A stretch of DNA of 64,000 nucleotides from an uncultured Actinomycetes bacterium (GTDB lineage Bacteria > Actinomycetota > Thermoleophilia > UBA2241): positions 32,001-96,000 of the forward strand of contig CAVWIH010000033.1 of assembly GCA_963755025.1 (NCBI GenBank), given 5' to 3'. How positions within the stretch are numbered: the first letter of the stretch is position 1; each line of letters starts with the position of its first letter. Of this stretch, positions 1-10,397 are shown in pieces. Under the pieces are notes generated by a model. That model had not been told where the DNA came from. It ran no database searches and was given only the letters and a program-made list of their open reading frames with translations. The position numbers and the translations under genes are program-made.

Positions 1-1023
1 GTGCTGCACGGAGCCCTCGAGTTCAACCAGTGGGTGATCTACCTGTTCGACCCCGACGAGCTGCTCTTCAACGTGGCCAAGGCGTTCGGCGGCACGCCCG
101 AGATCGATGAGCACTACGCCGCGACGCCGATCCCGGCCCGCGTGATGAACGGGCTGATCGCCTCGGCGCGCACCATCTCGCAGTCGCACTTCGTCGACCA
201 CCTGCTGCACACCTGGACCGACGAAGAGAACTACTTCCTGCCCGGCGAAGAGCTCGTCGGCGAGCGTCCCGAGGGCGAGTGGAACCAGTTCGATTCGCTG
301 TTCGTGCCCATGCTCGGCCAGAAAGGCCAGCTGATCGGCTACATCGAGGCCTACGACCCGCTCGACCGGCAACGGCCGAGCGACGACGTCGTGCGCCTGA
401 TCGAGGTCTTCGCCAGCAAGGCGGCCAGCAACATCGAGCTGCAGCGCGCCTACGGCGAGCTCGAGCAGCAGTCGCGCACCGACGGCCTCACCGGCCTCTA
501 CAACCACCGCTTCTTTCAGGAGCGCCTGGCGGCCGAGGTCGCCCGCGCGCAGCGCTTCGAGAAGCCGCTCACGCTGCTCATGATCGACGTCGACAACTTC
601 AAGGAGTTCAACGACGCCTTCGGCCACCCGCAGGGCGACCGGCTGCTCAAGGCCCTGGCCGACCTGCTGCTCGCCCAGACGCGCACCAACGTCGACTTCG
701 TGGCGCGCTACGGGGGAGAGGAGTTCGTCGTGCTGCTGCTCGAGACCGGCGTCGGCGACGCCGCGATCGCCGCCGAGCGGTTGCAGGACCTGGTCGAGGG
801 CCACCGCCCCGGCATAGAGGTGGCCGAGGCCATCCGCGCGGCGACCCAGGCGCAGACCTTCGACGCGCCGGGCGGCGCCGCCGGCGGCGTGACCGTGAGC
901 GTCGGCGTCGCCACGTTCCCCGACCACGCCTCGACCGGCGACCAGCTCGTCGCCAACGCCGACAAGGCGCTCTACCTGGCCAAGCGCCTCGGCAAGAACC
1001 GCAGCTGCGTGTATCACCCCTAG
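1..1023 (+). CDS. GAF-like + GGDEF diguanylate cyclase (probably 5'-truncated by the window)
   Basis: DGLTGLYNHR, MIDVDNFKEFNDAFGHPQGD, RYGGEEF, ADKALYLAKRLGKNR motifs. Confidence 0.92.
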   Translation: MLHGALEFNQWVIYLFDPDELLFNVAKAFGGTPEIDEHYAATPIPARVMNGLIASARTISQSHFVDHLLHTWTDEENYFLPGEELVGERPEGEWNQFDSLFVPMLGQKGQLIGYIEAYDPLDRQRPSDDVVRLIEVFASKAASNIELQRAYGELEQQSRTDGLTGLYNHRFFQERLAAEVARAQRFEKPLTLLMIDVDNFKEFNDAFGHPQGDRLLKALADLLLAQTRTNVDFVARYGGEEFVVLLLETGVGDAAIAAERLQDLVEGHRPGIEVAEAIRAATQAQTFDAPGGAAGGVTVSVGVATFPDHASTGDQLVANADKALYLAKRLGKNRSCVYHP

Positions 1024-1179
1024 GACCACCCCTGAGCCGCGCGCCCCATTCGCGGCCCGCGTCGCCCTCCTGGTGCCGCCGGGCGCCACGTTCGGGCGCC
1101 GTTCGACCTGCGTATGCTTGTGGCGTGAGCCTGGACAGGGCGCGCCGCGAGGGGTGCGTCGCGATCGGGGAGGTCAGTC

Positions 1180-2383
1180 ATGCACGCAAGCCTGAGCCGC
1201 ACAAGAGGCGTTGCTGCCGCGGGCGCCGTTGTCGGCGTCGCCGCGGTCGTCGCGGCGCTCGTGGTCGTGGCGCTGGCGGTGGGCGTCCCGCGCGCCGCGG
1301 CGGCCGGCGCGACGTCTGTCTCGGCGGCCGCGCCCGACGCCGCCGTGCCGACGGCCGGCAGCATCGTCGTGGTGCGCCGCATCGCCGGTCATGATTCGCT
1401 GTGGAGCGTCGATCCCGTCAGCACGACCGCCACGCAGCTCGTGGACCTGCCGTTCAGGGCGGCGCGCGCCGAGCGCTCGCCCGGCACCGCGCGGATCGCC
1501 TACCTGCCCATGACCGCGGGCCCGCGGGTGTACGTCTACGACACCGGCACCGGCGTGCTGCACGCCTGGTCGCTGGCCGCGCGCGGCGTGGAGGCCGTCG
1601 ACTCGGTCGCCTGGATCTCGTCGACCAGGCTCCTGGTCGCCGGCAAGCCGACGCACGGCTACGCGCTGCTACCCGTTCGCCGACCGCCTCTACACGGTGA
1701 ACGCCGTGACCGGCGCCGTGAAGAGGTTCGGGTCGCTGCTGGGCACTGAGCCCACGGTGGCGCCCGGCGCGGCGCTGGCCTTCGTGCGCCTGAGCGACGG
1801 CGGCCCCATCGCGGGCGCTTCGCCACTGCGCTGGGTCGTCGAGCGTCTCTACCGGCTCGCTCACGGCGCCGCCGCGAAGCCCCGCCTGATCGGCTCTGTG
1901 AAGTACGCCGACGGCTTCGACATCCGCGTGTTTCGCGACCCACGTCTGTCGAGCAGCGGCGCGTACCTGATCACCTCGACCACCGGCTCCGACATCTCGG
2001 TGCGCTACTCGGTGCGCTCGGCCACGACCGGCAAGGCGCTGCGCACGGTCGACACCACCCTCGCCGGACGCGACGCGACCGCCTGGAGCAACCTGACCCA
2101 GCAGGTGGCGTTCTGGGGCATGCCCGAAGCCGAGCCGGGCACGACCACCCGGTTGGCCATCTTCGACGCCACGACCAGGGTGCTGCGCGGCTCCGCCGAG
2201 CACCCGCAGGTCGCGGTCACCGGCCTTGCCTGGTCGTACGACGACGCCCTGCTCGCCTACAGCCTGCGCGGCCTGCAGGCCGCCGACGACGTCGCCGAGC
2301 TCTGGACAACCGACCCCGCGACGTTCGGCGCGCAGACCGATCTCGGCCCCGGTAGCTTCCCGGTGTTCATGCCCGGCTCGTGA
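1180..2383 (+). CDS. Secreted TolB/beta-propeller-like protein, split by a frameshift near 1670
   Basis: Signal-peptide-like N-terminus in ORF 1180..1749 continues in ORF 1697..2383; repeated blade-like motifs (AWISST, AWSNLT, AWSYDD). Confidence 0.55.
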
Positions 2384-2432
2384 GGGACGCCCAGGTCGCG
2401 CCGCCGGCGGCGGCAGGTGCGCTCGACCGTAT

Positions 2433-2461
2433 TGCCTGCTCACTCGCTGCGCAGTAGGGTC
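2433..2461 (+). promoter_or_regulatory. Putative sigma70-type promoter of the solute-binding protein gene
   Basis: TTGCCT-N17-TAGGGT, followed by a long GC hairpin (gggcgctgccccg/cggggcggcgccc) in the leader. Confidence 0.4.
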
Positions 2462-2526
2462 GGAAGTGACCAGAGGGCGCTGCCCCGTTCGGGCACGGGG
2501 CGGCGCCCCGACATAGAGGGGGGTCC

Positions 2527-4375
2527 ATGAAGCAGAAGCCGTTTGGCGGTGCGCGACGGGCCGTTGTCCTGGCGATCGTCGCAGTGCTCTCGGTCGGGCT
2601 GGTCTGGGGCCTGGCGACGGCCTTCGCGGCGAGCGCCTCGCCGACGCCGGGCGCCGGCCACGTCACCCTGAGGATCGGCTGGACCGAGGAGCCCGACAAC
2701 CTCAACCCGTTCATCGGCTACCAGAACGAGACCTACGAGATCTGGGCGCTGAACTACGACCTGCTGTTCGGCTACGGCGACCGCAACCAGCCCACGCTCG
2801 ACCTGGCGAGCCAGTTCCCGACCAAGGCCAACGGCGGCATCTCGGCCGACGGCCTGACCTGGACGATCAAGATCCGCTCGGGCGTCAAGTGGCAGGACGG
2901 CCAGCCGCTCACCGCCGCCGACGTCGCCTTCACGTTCAACTACATCGTCAAGAACCAGATGGCGAACTTCACGAACTCGACCTTCGGCATTAAGAGCGCC
3001 ACGGCGCTCGACCCGACGACCGTGCGATCGTCTGCTCCCACCCCAAGGCCGACCTCGAGAGCATGTGGGTGCCGATCATTCCCCAGCACATCTGGGAGCA
3101 CGTCTCGCCGAGCGTGGCGCAGAGCAGTTACGCGGTCAAGCTGCCGCTGGTGGGCAGCGGACCCTTCACAACCGTGCAGTTCAAGAAGGGCAGCTACATC
3201 CACCTGGTGCGCAACCCGGACTACTGGGGCCCCAAGCCGGCCATCACCGACATCTACTTCTTGGTCTACCAGGACGCCGACACCATGGTCACCGACCTGA
3301 AGTCGGGCAACATCGACGCCGCCTGGGGCGCTGCCGCAGGCGCAGTTCTCGGCGCTCAAGTCGGACCCGTCGTTCAAGGCGGTGCCGTACTCCTACTACA
3401 ACTGGAACTACGTCGAGTTCAACTCGTACGACAAGTCCAGCTCGCTGGGCAACCCGGTGCTGCGCGACCCCAGGTTCCGCAACGCCTTGAACTACGCGCG
3501 TCAACAAGCAGCGCCTCTCGACGCTCGCCTACGAGGGCTACGCGCAGCCCGCCACCACGATCATCCCGCCGAACGTCTGGAAGGACCCCGACTACCACTG
3601 GCAGCCGCCCGCCGACCAGGCGTACTCGTTCGACCTCGCCAAGGCGAGCAGCCTGCTCACCCAGGCCGGCTACAAGCTGAGCTCGAAGGGCGTGCGGCTC
3701 GACCTGCACGGCAAGCCCATCAAGCTGCGCCTGTACACCTCGACCGACAGCTCGTCCGAGCAGAGCGAGGCCAAGCTGATCACCGGCTGGCTCGACAGCC
3801 TGGGGCTGAAGATCACCCTCTCGGTGGTCGACCCGGGCACGCTGCAGTCCGACATCTACAACTCGCACGGCAAGGCCTGGGCCCCCGACTTCGACCTCGT
3901 GGTGTGGAACTGGACGGGCTACTTCGACCCCGGCCAGACCCTCGTGTGCTTCACCACGCCGCAGATCGGCAGCCTCGACGAGCCGTACTGGTCGAACGCC
4001 CAGTACGACGCGTTGAACACCCAGCAGGCTTCGATCATCGACCCGCAGGCGCGCCAGAAGCCGATCTGGCAGATGCAGCAGCTCATGTACCAGCAGACGC
4101 CCTGGATCGTGCTCACCTATCCCGACTACCTCGAGGCCTACAACACCTCCAGGTGGACCGGCTGGCAGCAGATGTTCGGCGGTAGCGGGCCGGCCTTCAA
4201 CACCGAAGGCTTCCTCGGTTCGTACCTGAACCTGCGGCCGCGGGCCGCCGCGGCCGGCGGGGGCTCGAGCAGCACGGCGCTGGTCGCGGTCGTCGCGGCG
4301 GCAGCGGCGCTGATCGTGATCGTCGCCGTGGTGCTGCTTCGCCGCCGCGGCCGTCCGCAGGTCGAAGAGGACTAG
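2527..4375 (+). CDS. Family 5 (OppA/DppA-like) ABC solute-binding protein with C-terminal TM anchor; several frameshifts
   Basis: EPDNLNPF, GVKWQDGQPLTAADVAFTF, VGSGPF, RNPDYWG spread over ORFs 2527, 3063, 3382 and 3692; ends ALVAVVAAAAALIVIVAVVLLRRR. Confidence 0.88.
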
Positions 4376-4393
4376 CGCGGCGCGGCGGCGTCG

Positions 4394-5107
4394 TCAGTCG
4401 GGCGTGATGGCGCGCGTGGCGCGCGAGGGCACGGCGTAAAAGAGCTCGATCGCGATGAGCACGGCCACGCTGGCCTTGGCGCTCGCAAAGGCCAGGCCAA
4501 AGGCCAGGGCAAAGGCGACGGGGCCAAAGGCGAACTGTCTGGTGACGGCGCGGATGTGGGCATCGGTGATGCCGGCGGTCACCAGGCGCCGGCCGCGCGA
4601 GGCGTAGAGCCAGAGCCCGACGAAGGCGACCGACACGAACAGCAGCGCCCCGCTGTAGACGAGAGCGCCGACGCGCTCGCTGGGGTGTCCGAGGTTGTCG
4701 GCCAGCAGGGTCGTCGTGAACGGCGTGGTCGTGATGCCGAGCAGCAGCAGGCCGTTCAGCAGCAGGAAGGTGTGGTCGACGCGGGCGATCACGTTGAACA
4801 CGCCGTGGTGGTTCGACCACATGATGAGGATCGACAAGAAGCTGATGACGAAGGCCACGTCGGTCGGCCAGTGGCCGAGCAGCTGATGCCAGAGGGCGGC
4901 CTCGCTTGCGTGCGTGGCCGGCACGTGCAGGGTGAGGACGAGCAGCGTGGCCGCGATGGCGAAGACGCTGTCCGAGAACGTCTCGACGCGGCTGGTCTCG
5001 TTGACCTCGAACGACGCGCGCCGGCCGTTGCCTGCTCCCGCCGAGGCCGCCGCAGGCTCGGTGGCGCGCGACTCGGGCACCGGGGTGTCGTCGGGGGGGC
5101 GCAGCAT
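4394..5107 (-). CDS. TMEM175-family potassium channel
   Basis: RVETFSDSVFAIAATLL signature, W-x-NHH motif, about 6 TM segments. Confidence 0.9.
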   Translation of the reverse strand: MLRPPDDTPVPESRATEPAAASAGAGNGRRASFEVNETSRVETFSDSVFAIAATLLVLTLHVPATHASEAALWHQLLGHWPTDVAFVISFLSILIMWSNHHGVFNVIARVDHTFLLLNGLLLLGITTTPFTTTLLADNLGHPSERVGALVYSGALLFVSVAFVGLWLYASRGRRLVTAGITDAHIRAVTRQFAFGPVAFALAFGLAFASAKASVAVLIAIELFYAVPSRATRAITPD

Positions 5108-5258
5108 TACCCCAGAATCCTACCCGACGCCGCCGCGATCGGTGTCATACTGAGGCACGAAAGGCCGCATCGGCCGGCGGCCACCGCGCGGTCGCCGGAA
5201 CCAGAGCCAGGAACGCCGCCATCCGCCCGCTCGTGCGCGCGGGGCAAGGGGGACACAG

Positions 5259-6605
5259 ATGTCCGACACAGCCAGGTGCCCGTCGTGCGGCGGCGCCCTC
5301 GCCCCGACGGCCGCGGCATGCCCCGCTTGCGGCTTTGTGGTGCGCGGCGCGATGTCGCGCCGCGCCGCGGCTCCGGGCGCGGCGCTCAGCAGCCTCTTCT
5401 CTTCGTCGGACGGCGCGGTCGACGGCGCGGGCGACGGCGGCGCGGTGGGCTGGGCGCCCTCGGCGCCCAGCCCACCGCGCCGCGTGAGCGCGCCGTCGGC
5501 GGTCTCGGCGCCGCCCGGGCAGGTCTCGGTCGACGTGCTTGCGACCCGCTGGTCGGGGCGTTTCACCACGCGCACGACGCACAGCGCCACGACGACCGCC
5601 GCGCTCGGCGTGCCGGTCGCCGACACGTCGCCCGGGCGCCCGCGGGTCACCCCGGGCGGGGCCAGCGCCGGCCGTCACGGCGGCTCCGCCGCTACGGTCG
5701 GCGCCTCGTCGCGCACCGCCGCGCAGGTCTCCGGCGCCGGCACGCCTGCCGGCGCCTCGCGAACGGCCGTCGGGGCGACGCCCACGGCGCGCGCCGTGCC
5801 CGAGCCCCTCACCGTGGCGGCGGCGCGAGCGCGCGAGCGGGGGCGCGAGCTGCGCCGCGTGCTCAACGGTCGTCCCATGTCGGGCGGCGGTCCGGCGGGC
5901 GGGTTCGATCAGGTCCTCGGGTCAGACTTCCATACCGATTCGGCGATCTCCGGCGCCGATCCGCGCGACCGCGGGCCGGTCATGCCCCCTCCACGGGTAC
6001 CCCACCCGGGCGCCGCGCCGCTCGGGGTCGCTGCACCGGCCGGATCAGCGCCGTCGTCGGGGTCGCCGTGGTGGCACGACACGATCGCCGCGCCGGCGGC
6101 GGCGGTGCCGCCGCCGCCGTGGGCGGCGCGGCGGCGCGCCAAGGCGCCGCGCGGCCTGCGGCTCGCCACGATCGTCCTGGCGCTGGTGATCGTCGCCGTC
6201 GGGCTTGTCGTCTCCCACAACGGCGTGACGCCGTCGACCAGCGGCGGCGGCACGACGAGCGACACTCAGGCGGCGACGTTCGGCGCACCGACCGCGGCGC
6301 AGCTCACCGTGGTGCGGGCGCGCCTCGCCGCGCTCGCCGCCGTCGTGGCTGCGCCAGAGAGGCAGGTCGACGCGGCGCGGCCCGCGGCGGCCGCGCGGGC
6401 CCACACGCTGTGGGTGCGCCTCATCACCTGGCGCGACGCCGCCAGCCTCGACTCGCACCAGACGCGCGTGCTCGACAACGCCATCGCCTACGCCGGCACG
6501 TTGAGCCGCTGGCTCAAAGCGCCCCACAGCGGCGCGCGCCACGCCGCCGCCGTCAAGGCGTGGCGGCGCTGGACCCGCGACGACCCCGGCCTGATCGACC
6601 CATGA
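5259..6605 (+). CDS. Hypothetical membrane protein with N-terminal double zinc ribbon
   Basis: CPSC...CPAC at the N-terminus, long Pro/Ala linker, one TM segment (LATIVLALVIVAVGLVV), helical C-terminal domain. Confidence 0.55.
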   Translation: MSDTARCPSCGGALAPTAAACPACGFVVRGAMSRRAAAPGAALSSLFSSSDGAVDGAGDGGAVGWAPSAPSPPRRVSAPSAVSAPPGQVSVDVLATRWSGRFTTRTTHSATTTAALGVPVADTSPGRPRVTPGGASAGRHGGSAATVGASSRTAAQVSGAGTPAGASRTAVGATPTARAVPEPLTVAAARARERGRELRRVLNGRPMSGGGPAGGFDQVLGSDFHTDSAISGADPRDRGPVMPPPRVPHPGAAPLGVAAPAGSAPSSGSPWWHDTIAAPAAAVPPPPWAARRRAKAPRGLRLATIVLALVIVAVGLVVSHNGVTPSTSGGGTTSDTQAATFGAPTAAQLTVVRARLAALAAVVAAPERQVDAARPAAAARAHTLWVRLITWRDAASLDSHQTRVLDNAIAYAGTLSRWLKAPHSGARHAAAVKAWRRWTRDDPGLIDP

Positions 6606-6615
6606 GACGCGGCGC

Positions 6616-7440
6616 GTGACCGGGCAGCCACGACCCGGCGCGGCGCGGCCGGCGCGCAGCCGTGCGGCGGCCACCTCCGAGGGCGGCCGTGCGGCGGCCA
6701 CCTCCGCCGAGGGCGGCCGTGCGGCTGCGGTCCTCGCCGAGATCGCGGCGCTTGGCAGCGAGGCCGATCGCGCCGGCATGGCGCGCTACGGCATCAAGGT
6801 CGACGACGCTTACGGCGTGTCGGTCACCGTGCTGCGACGCCTGGCAAAGGACCTCGGCCACGATCACGAGCTCGCCCTCGAGCTGTGGCGCACCGGCAAC
6901 CACGAAGCTCGCCTGCTGGCCGCCTTCGTCGACGAACCAGACAAGGTCGACGTGCGACAGATGGAGAGCTGGGCGGCCGACTTCGATTCGTGGGACGTCT
7001 GCGACGAGGTGACGACCGATCTCTTCGACCGCACGCCCTTCGCCTGGACGCAGGCGGTCGCCTGGGCGGGCCGGCCCGCGGAGTTCGTCAAGCGCGCCGG
7101 CTTCGCCCTCATGGCCGGCCTCGCCGTGCACGACAAGGCGGCTGGCGACGAGGCCTTCGTGGAGCTCTTGGAGCTCGTCGAGCGCGAAGCCTTCGACGAG
7201 CGCAACTTCGTGAAGAAGGCGGTCAACTGGGCGCTGCGCAACATCGGCAAGCGCAGCCTCGAGCTCAACCGCGAAGCGCTGGCGTGCGCTCGGCGCTTGC
7301 GCGCCGCCGCCGACGAGCGCGCCGGCGGCTCGCGCGGCGGCGACCCGGCGACCCGCGCCGCGCGCTGGGTGGCCACCGACGCCCTGCGCGAGCTGCAGTC
7401 GCCCAAGACGCAGGAGCGCTTACGTCGCCGAGGCGCTTGA
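6616..7440 (+). CDS. alkD: AlkD-family DNA alkylation repair glycosylase
   Basis: GMARYGI, LWRTGNHEARLLA, DFDSWDVCD, DERNFVKKAVNWALRNIGKR. Confidence 0.9.
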   Translation: MTGQPRPGAARPARSRAAATSEGGRAAATSAEGGRAAAVLAEIAALGSEADRAGMARYGIKVDDAYGVSVTVLRRLAKDLGHDHELALELWRTGNHEARLLAAFVDEPDKVDVRQMESWAADFDSWDVCDEVTTDLFDRTPFAWTQAVAWAGRPAEFVKRAGFALMAGLAVHDKAAGDEAFVELLELVEREAFDERNFVKKAVNWALRNIGKRSLELNREALACARRLRAAADERAGGSRGGDPATRAARWVATDALRELQSPKTQERLRRRGA

Positions 7441-7620
7441 CCGTCCGGGGCGCCCGAAAGGGCCGGGGCGCTCCGGACCTGCCGCGGCGCCAGCGCCGTC
7501 GGGGCGCGACCTTACCTTGACCGCAGGCGTAAGCTGTTCAGGGTGACGTACCGCGCAGAGGGCCGTCCGGGCCGGCACGCGGTCCGGCGGTCGACAGGGA
7601 ACACCGCGACAGGCGGTCCG

Positions 7621-10287
7621 ATGCCCGAAGACACAGCCACCCCGGTAGCGAACGAACAGCGGCACCCGCGTCTGCTGCAGGTGATGCGCTGGTTCCAGCG
7701 TCACCACCTGCCCATCCTCATCCTTGCGGCCGCCCTCATGGCCGCCGTGCTCGCCTTCGACCTGCTCACGCCGTCCGACTGGGTCGCCGGCGGTTTCTAC
7801 CTCATCCCGCTGGCGCTGATCGCCCTGACCCTGCGGCGCTACGCGATCGTCGTGGCGGGCGCGATCGCCGTCTGCCTGAGCTTCGGCGTGATGGTCGCGC
7901 AGCACGCGCTTCGCCAGTCCGCTGCACCTGATCTATCTCTATCTCCTGATCGTCTCCTGCGGCCGGCCTTGTCGTGGTCTCACGACCTGCTGGCGCAGCT
8001 CGACGAGGTCTCGAGCCGGGCGCTTGCCCGGGCGCGGCTCGCTCAGGCCGAGGCCGACATCGTGGGGCGCTCGAGCCGCCGCGGAGAGCCGCGCGAGCTG
8101 GTCGAGAACGCCGTGCGGCGCATCGGCGACGAGCTCGAGGCCGTCGTGGGCGTCGCCTTCGTGGTGCGCGACGGGCAGTGGTGCGGCGCAGCGGCGTTCG
8201 GCTCGGCCGCCGACCCGCAGGCGCTGTGCTATCCGTACGACGCGCTCGTCCTGTTGCGCCACGCGCTCGAGCATAACGAGGTGCTCCCGGTGCCCGACGT
8301 GGGCGCCTGGTTCGCCGAGCGCGGCCTGACGCCGCCGGCGTACCTGCGCGACTTCGAGCTGCAGTGCGTGCTCGTGGTGCCGCTGCGGGCCTTCGAGCTC
8401 GGCGTGGGGGCCATGGTCTTCAGCCGGCCGGCGGGCGCCCCGACGTTCTCCGCCGAGCAGGTGCGCTTTGCCGGCAGCGTCGGCGGCCACATCGCCGTCG
8501 CCGTCGAGAACGCCCGGCTCATGTCCGAGCTCGACGCCCGGCAGCGAGACCTGTCGCTGGTCGTCGAGTCGAGCCTCGACTTTGCCTCGAGTCTAGAGAC
8601 GCATACCGTGATCGAGGCGGTCGTCGAACGCCTGGTCGCGCTGCTCGACGTGAGCGCCTGCGACATCCACGTGCTCGAGCCGGGAGCCGACGCGGTGCGC
8701 ACGGTGGTGAGCTACGACCGCGAGCGCTTCGACTTTGGCGACGTCATCGGCCGGCTCTGGCCGCTGGCCGACTACCCCGCGACCGGGCGCGTCGTCGAGA
8801 CCGGTCGCCCGGTCGCCATCATGAGCGTCGCCGACCCGTCGCTGAACGAGCAGGAACGCCAGCTGCTGCTCAGGAACGGCAAGACCAGCCAGCTCGGGGT
8901 GCCGCTCAAGGTGCGCGACCGCGTGATCGGCGTGGTCGAGCTCTTCGACGACAAGCCCTCGCGGGCCTACTCGCCGGAAGACGTCGAGCTGGTCGAAGCG
9001 ATCTGTCAGTTCGCGGCGCTCGCCCTCGACAACGCCAACCTCTACGAGTCGCAGCGCGATTCCGCGGAGCGCCTCGAGCGCCTCGCGTCGCAGCTCGCCA
9101 CGCTGCAGCAGGTCTCGCTCAAGATCGCCCACCTGCGCGACGAGTCGAGCGTGGTGCGCGAGGTGCTCGAGTCGGGCGCCGAGCTGCTCGACGCCGACGT
9201 CGCGGCGTACGCGGTGCGCGACGGCGAGGTCGTCGTGGTCAAGGCCTTCCACGACCGCCACGGCTTCTCGGCGCCCGACGCCACGGCGGCCGAGAGCGTC
9301 GTGGCGGTGCTGCGCAGCGGGCTGCCCGAGATCGGCGCCACCGAGATCGGCGACGGCGTCGGGCAGCAGGCGCTGGCCGATCACGCCTTCGTCTATGGAC
9401 GGGCGTTGATCGTGCCGGTCCGCCGCCAGCGCGCCGACGCGCTCACCGCGGTCGTCTTTCAGCGCTCGCGCGAGAGCGCGCTGCACGACGGCTTCGACGA
9501 CGACGACGGCCGCCTGGCGACCACGCTCGCCGCGCAGCTCGCGCTCACGCTGCGCAACGTGCGCGCCTTTCAGCGCGAGCACGAGATCGCCGAGACCTTC
9601 CAGCAGGCGCTGCTTGTCGAGCCGCCGCTGCTGGCCGGCGCCGAGATCGGCGTGAAGTACCGGGCGGCGGCGCGCGCGGCGCGCGTGGGCGGTGACTTCT
9701 ATGACATCCTGCAGCTCGCTCCCGGGCGCGTGCTCATCGCCGTGGGCGACGTCTGCGGCCGCGGGCTGCAGGCCGCCGTCGAGACCGCGCTGGTGCGCTA
9801 CACGCTGCGCGCCTACGCGCAGGAGAGCTCGCCCGGCGAGGCGCTCTCGCGCTTGAACTCTGCGCTGCTCGCCCAAGACCCCAATCTGCCGTTCGCCACG
9901 GTGGTGCTGGTCTCGCTCGACGTCGGCCGCCGCTACCTCGAATACGCGGTCGCCGGCCATCAGCGGCCCATCGTGCTGGCCGGCGGGCGGCGCTTCGCCA
10001 TCGCCCAGGAGGGCGGCTTTCCGATCAGCCTGTTCGACGGCGAGACCTACCCCACGCACCGCTGCGTGCTGCCCGAAGACGCGACCATCGTGCTCTACAC
10101 CGACGGACTGACCGAGGCGCGCAGCGACGGCCGCATGCTGGGCGAGCAGGGTCTGCGCGAGGCCCTCGAGCAGCACCTCGACGAGCCCGCCCAACGGCTC
10201 GCCGAGTCGCTCATGGACCACGCGGCGCGCTACGCCGGCGGCGGCGCCGACGACGACATGGCCGTCGTCGTCGTCAAGCTGCCCTGA
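7621..10287 (+). CDS. Membrane-anchored multi-GAF + PP2C (SpoIIE/RsbU-like) phosphatase
   Basis: N-terminal TMs, three GAF-like segments, VGGDFYD, GDVCGRG, YTDGLTEA, DDMA; possible frameshifted stretch near 7920-7990. Confidence 0.88.
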   Translation: MPEDTATPVANEQRHPRLLQVMRWFQRHHLPILILAAALMAAVLAFDLLTPSDWVAGGFYLIPLALIALTLRRYAIVVAGAIAVCLSFGVMVAQHALRQSAAPDLSLSPDRLLRPALSWSHDLLAQLDEVSSRALARARLAQAEADIVGRSSRRGEPRELVENAVRRIGDELEAVVGVAFVVRDGQWCGAAAFGSAADPQALCYPYDALVLLRHALEHNEVLPVPDVGAWFAERGLTPPAYLRDFELQCVLVVPLRAFELGVGAMVFSRPAGAPTFSAEQVRFAGSVGGHIAVAVENARLMSELDARQRDLSLVVESSLDFASSLETHTVIEAVVERLVALLDVSACDIHVLEPGADAVRTVVSYDRERFDFGDVIGRLWPLADYPATGRVVETGRPVAIMSVADPSLNEQERQLLLRNGKTSQLGVPLKVRDRVIGVVELFDDKPSRAYSPEDVELVEAICQFAALALDNANLYESQRDSAERLERLASQLATLQQVSLKIAHLRDESSVVREVLESGAELLDADVAAYAVRDGEVVVVKAFHDRHGFSAPDATAAESVVAVLRSGLPEIGATEIGDGVGQQALADHAFVYGRALIVPVRRQRADALTAVVFQRSRESALHDGFDDDDGRLATTLAAQLALTLRNVRAFQREHEIAETFQQALLVEPPLLAGAEIGVKYRAAARAARVGGDFYDILQLAPGRVLIAVGDVCGRGLQAAVETALVRYTLRAYAQESSPGEALSRLNSALLAQDPNLPFATVVLVSLDVGRRYLEYAVAGHQRPIVLAGGRRFAIAQEGGFPISLFDGETYPTHRCVLPEDATIVLYTDGLTEARSDGRMLGEQGLREALEQHLDEPAQRLAESLMDHAARYAGGGADDDMAVVVVKLP

Positions 10288-10320
10288 CGGACTCGACAGG
10301 GGGGGCGGGCGGTGGCGGCG

Positions 10321-10391
10321 CGGCTGCCGGCGACCAGCGGCGACGGTTCGCCGCCGTCGGCTGCCGGCGGCTACGGGCGACGGCTCGCCGA
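10321..10391. repeat. Imperfect 2x tandem repeat with small hairpins between convergent genes
   Basis: cggctgccggcg-N6-ggcgacggYtcgccg occurs twice. Confidence 0.55.
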
Positions 10392-10397
10392 AGGGCC

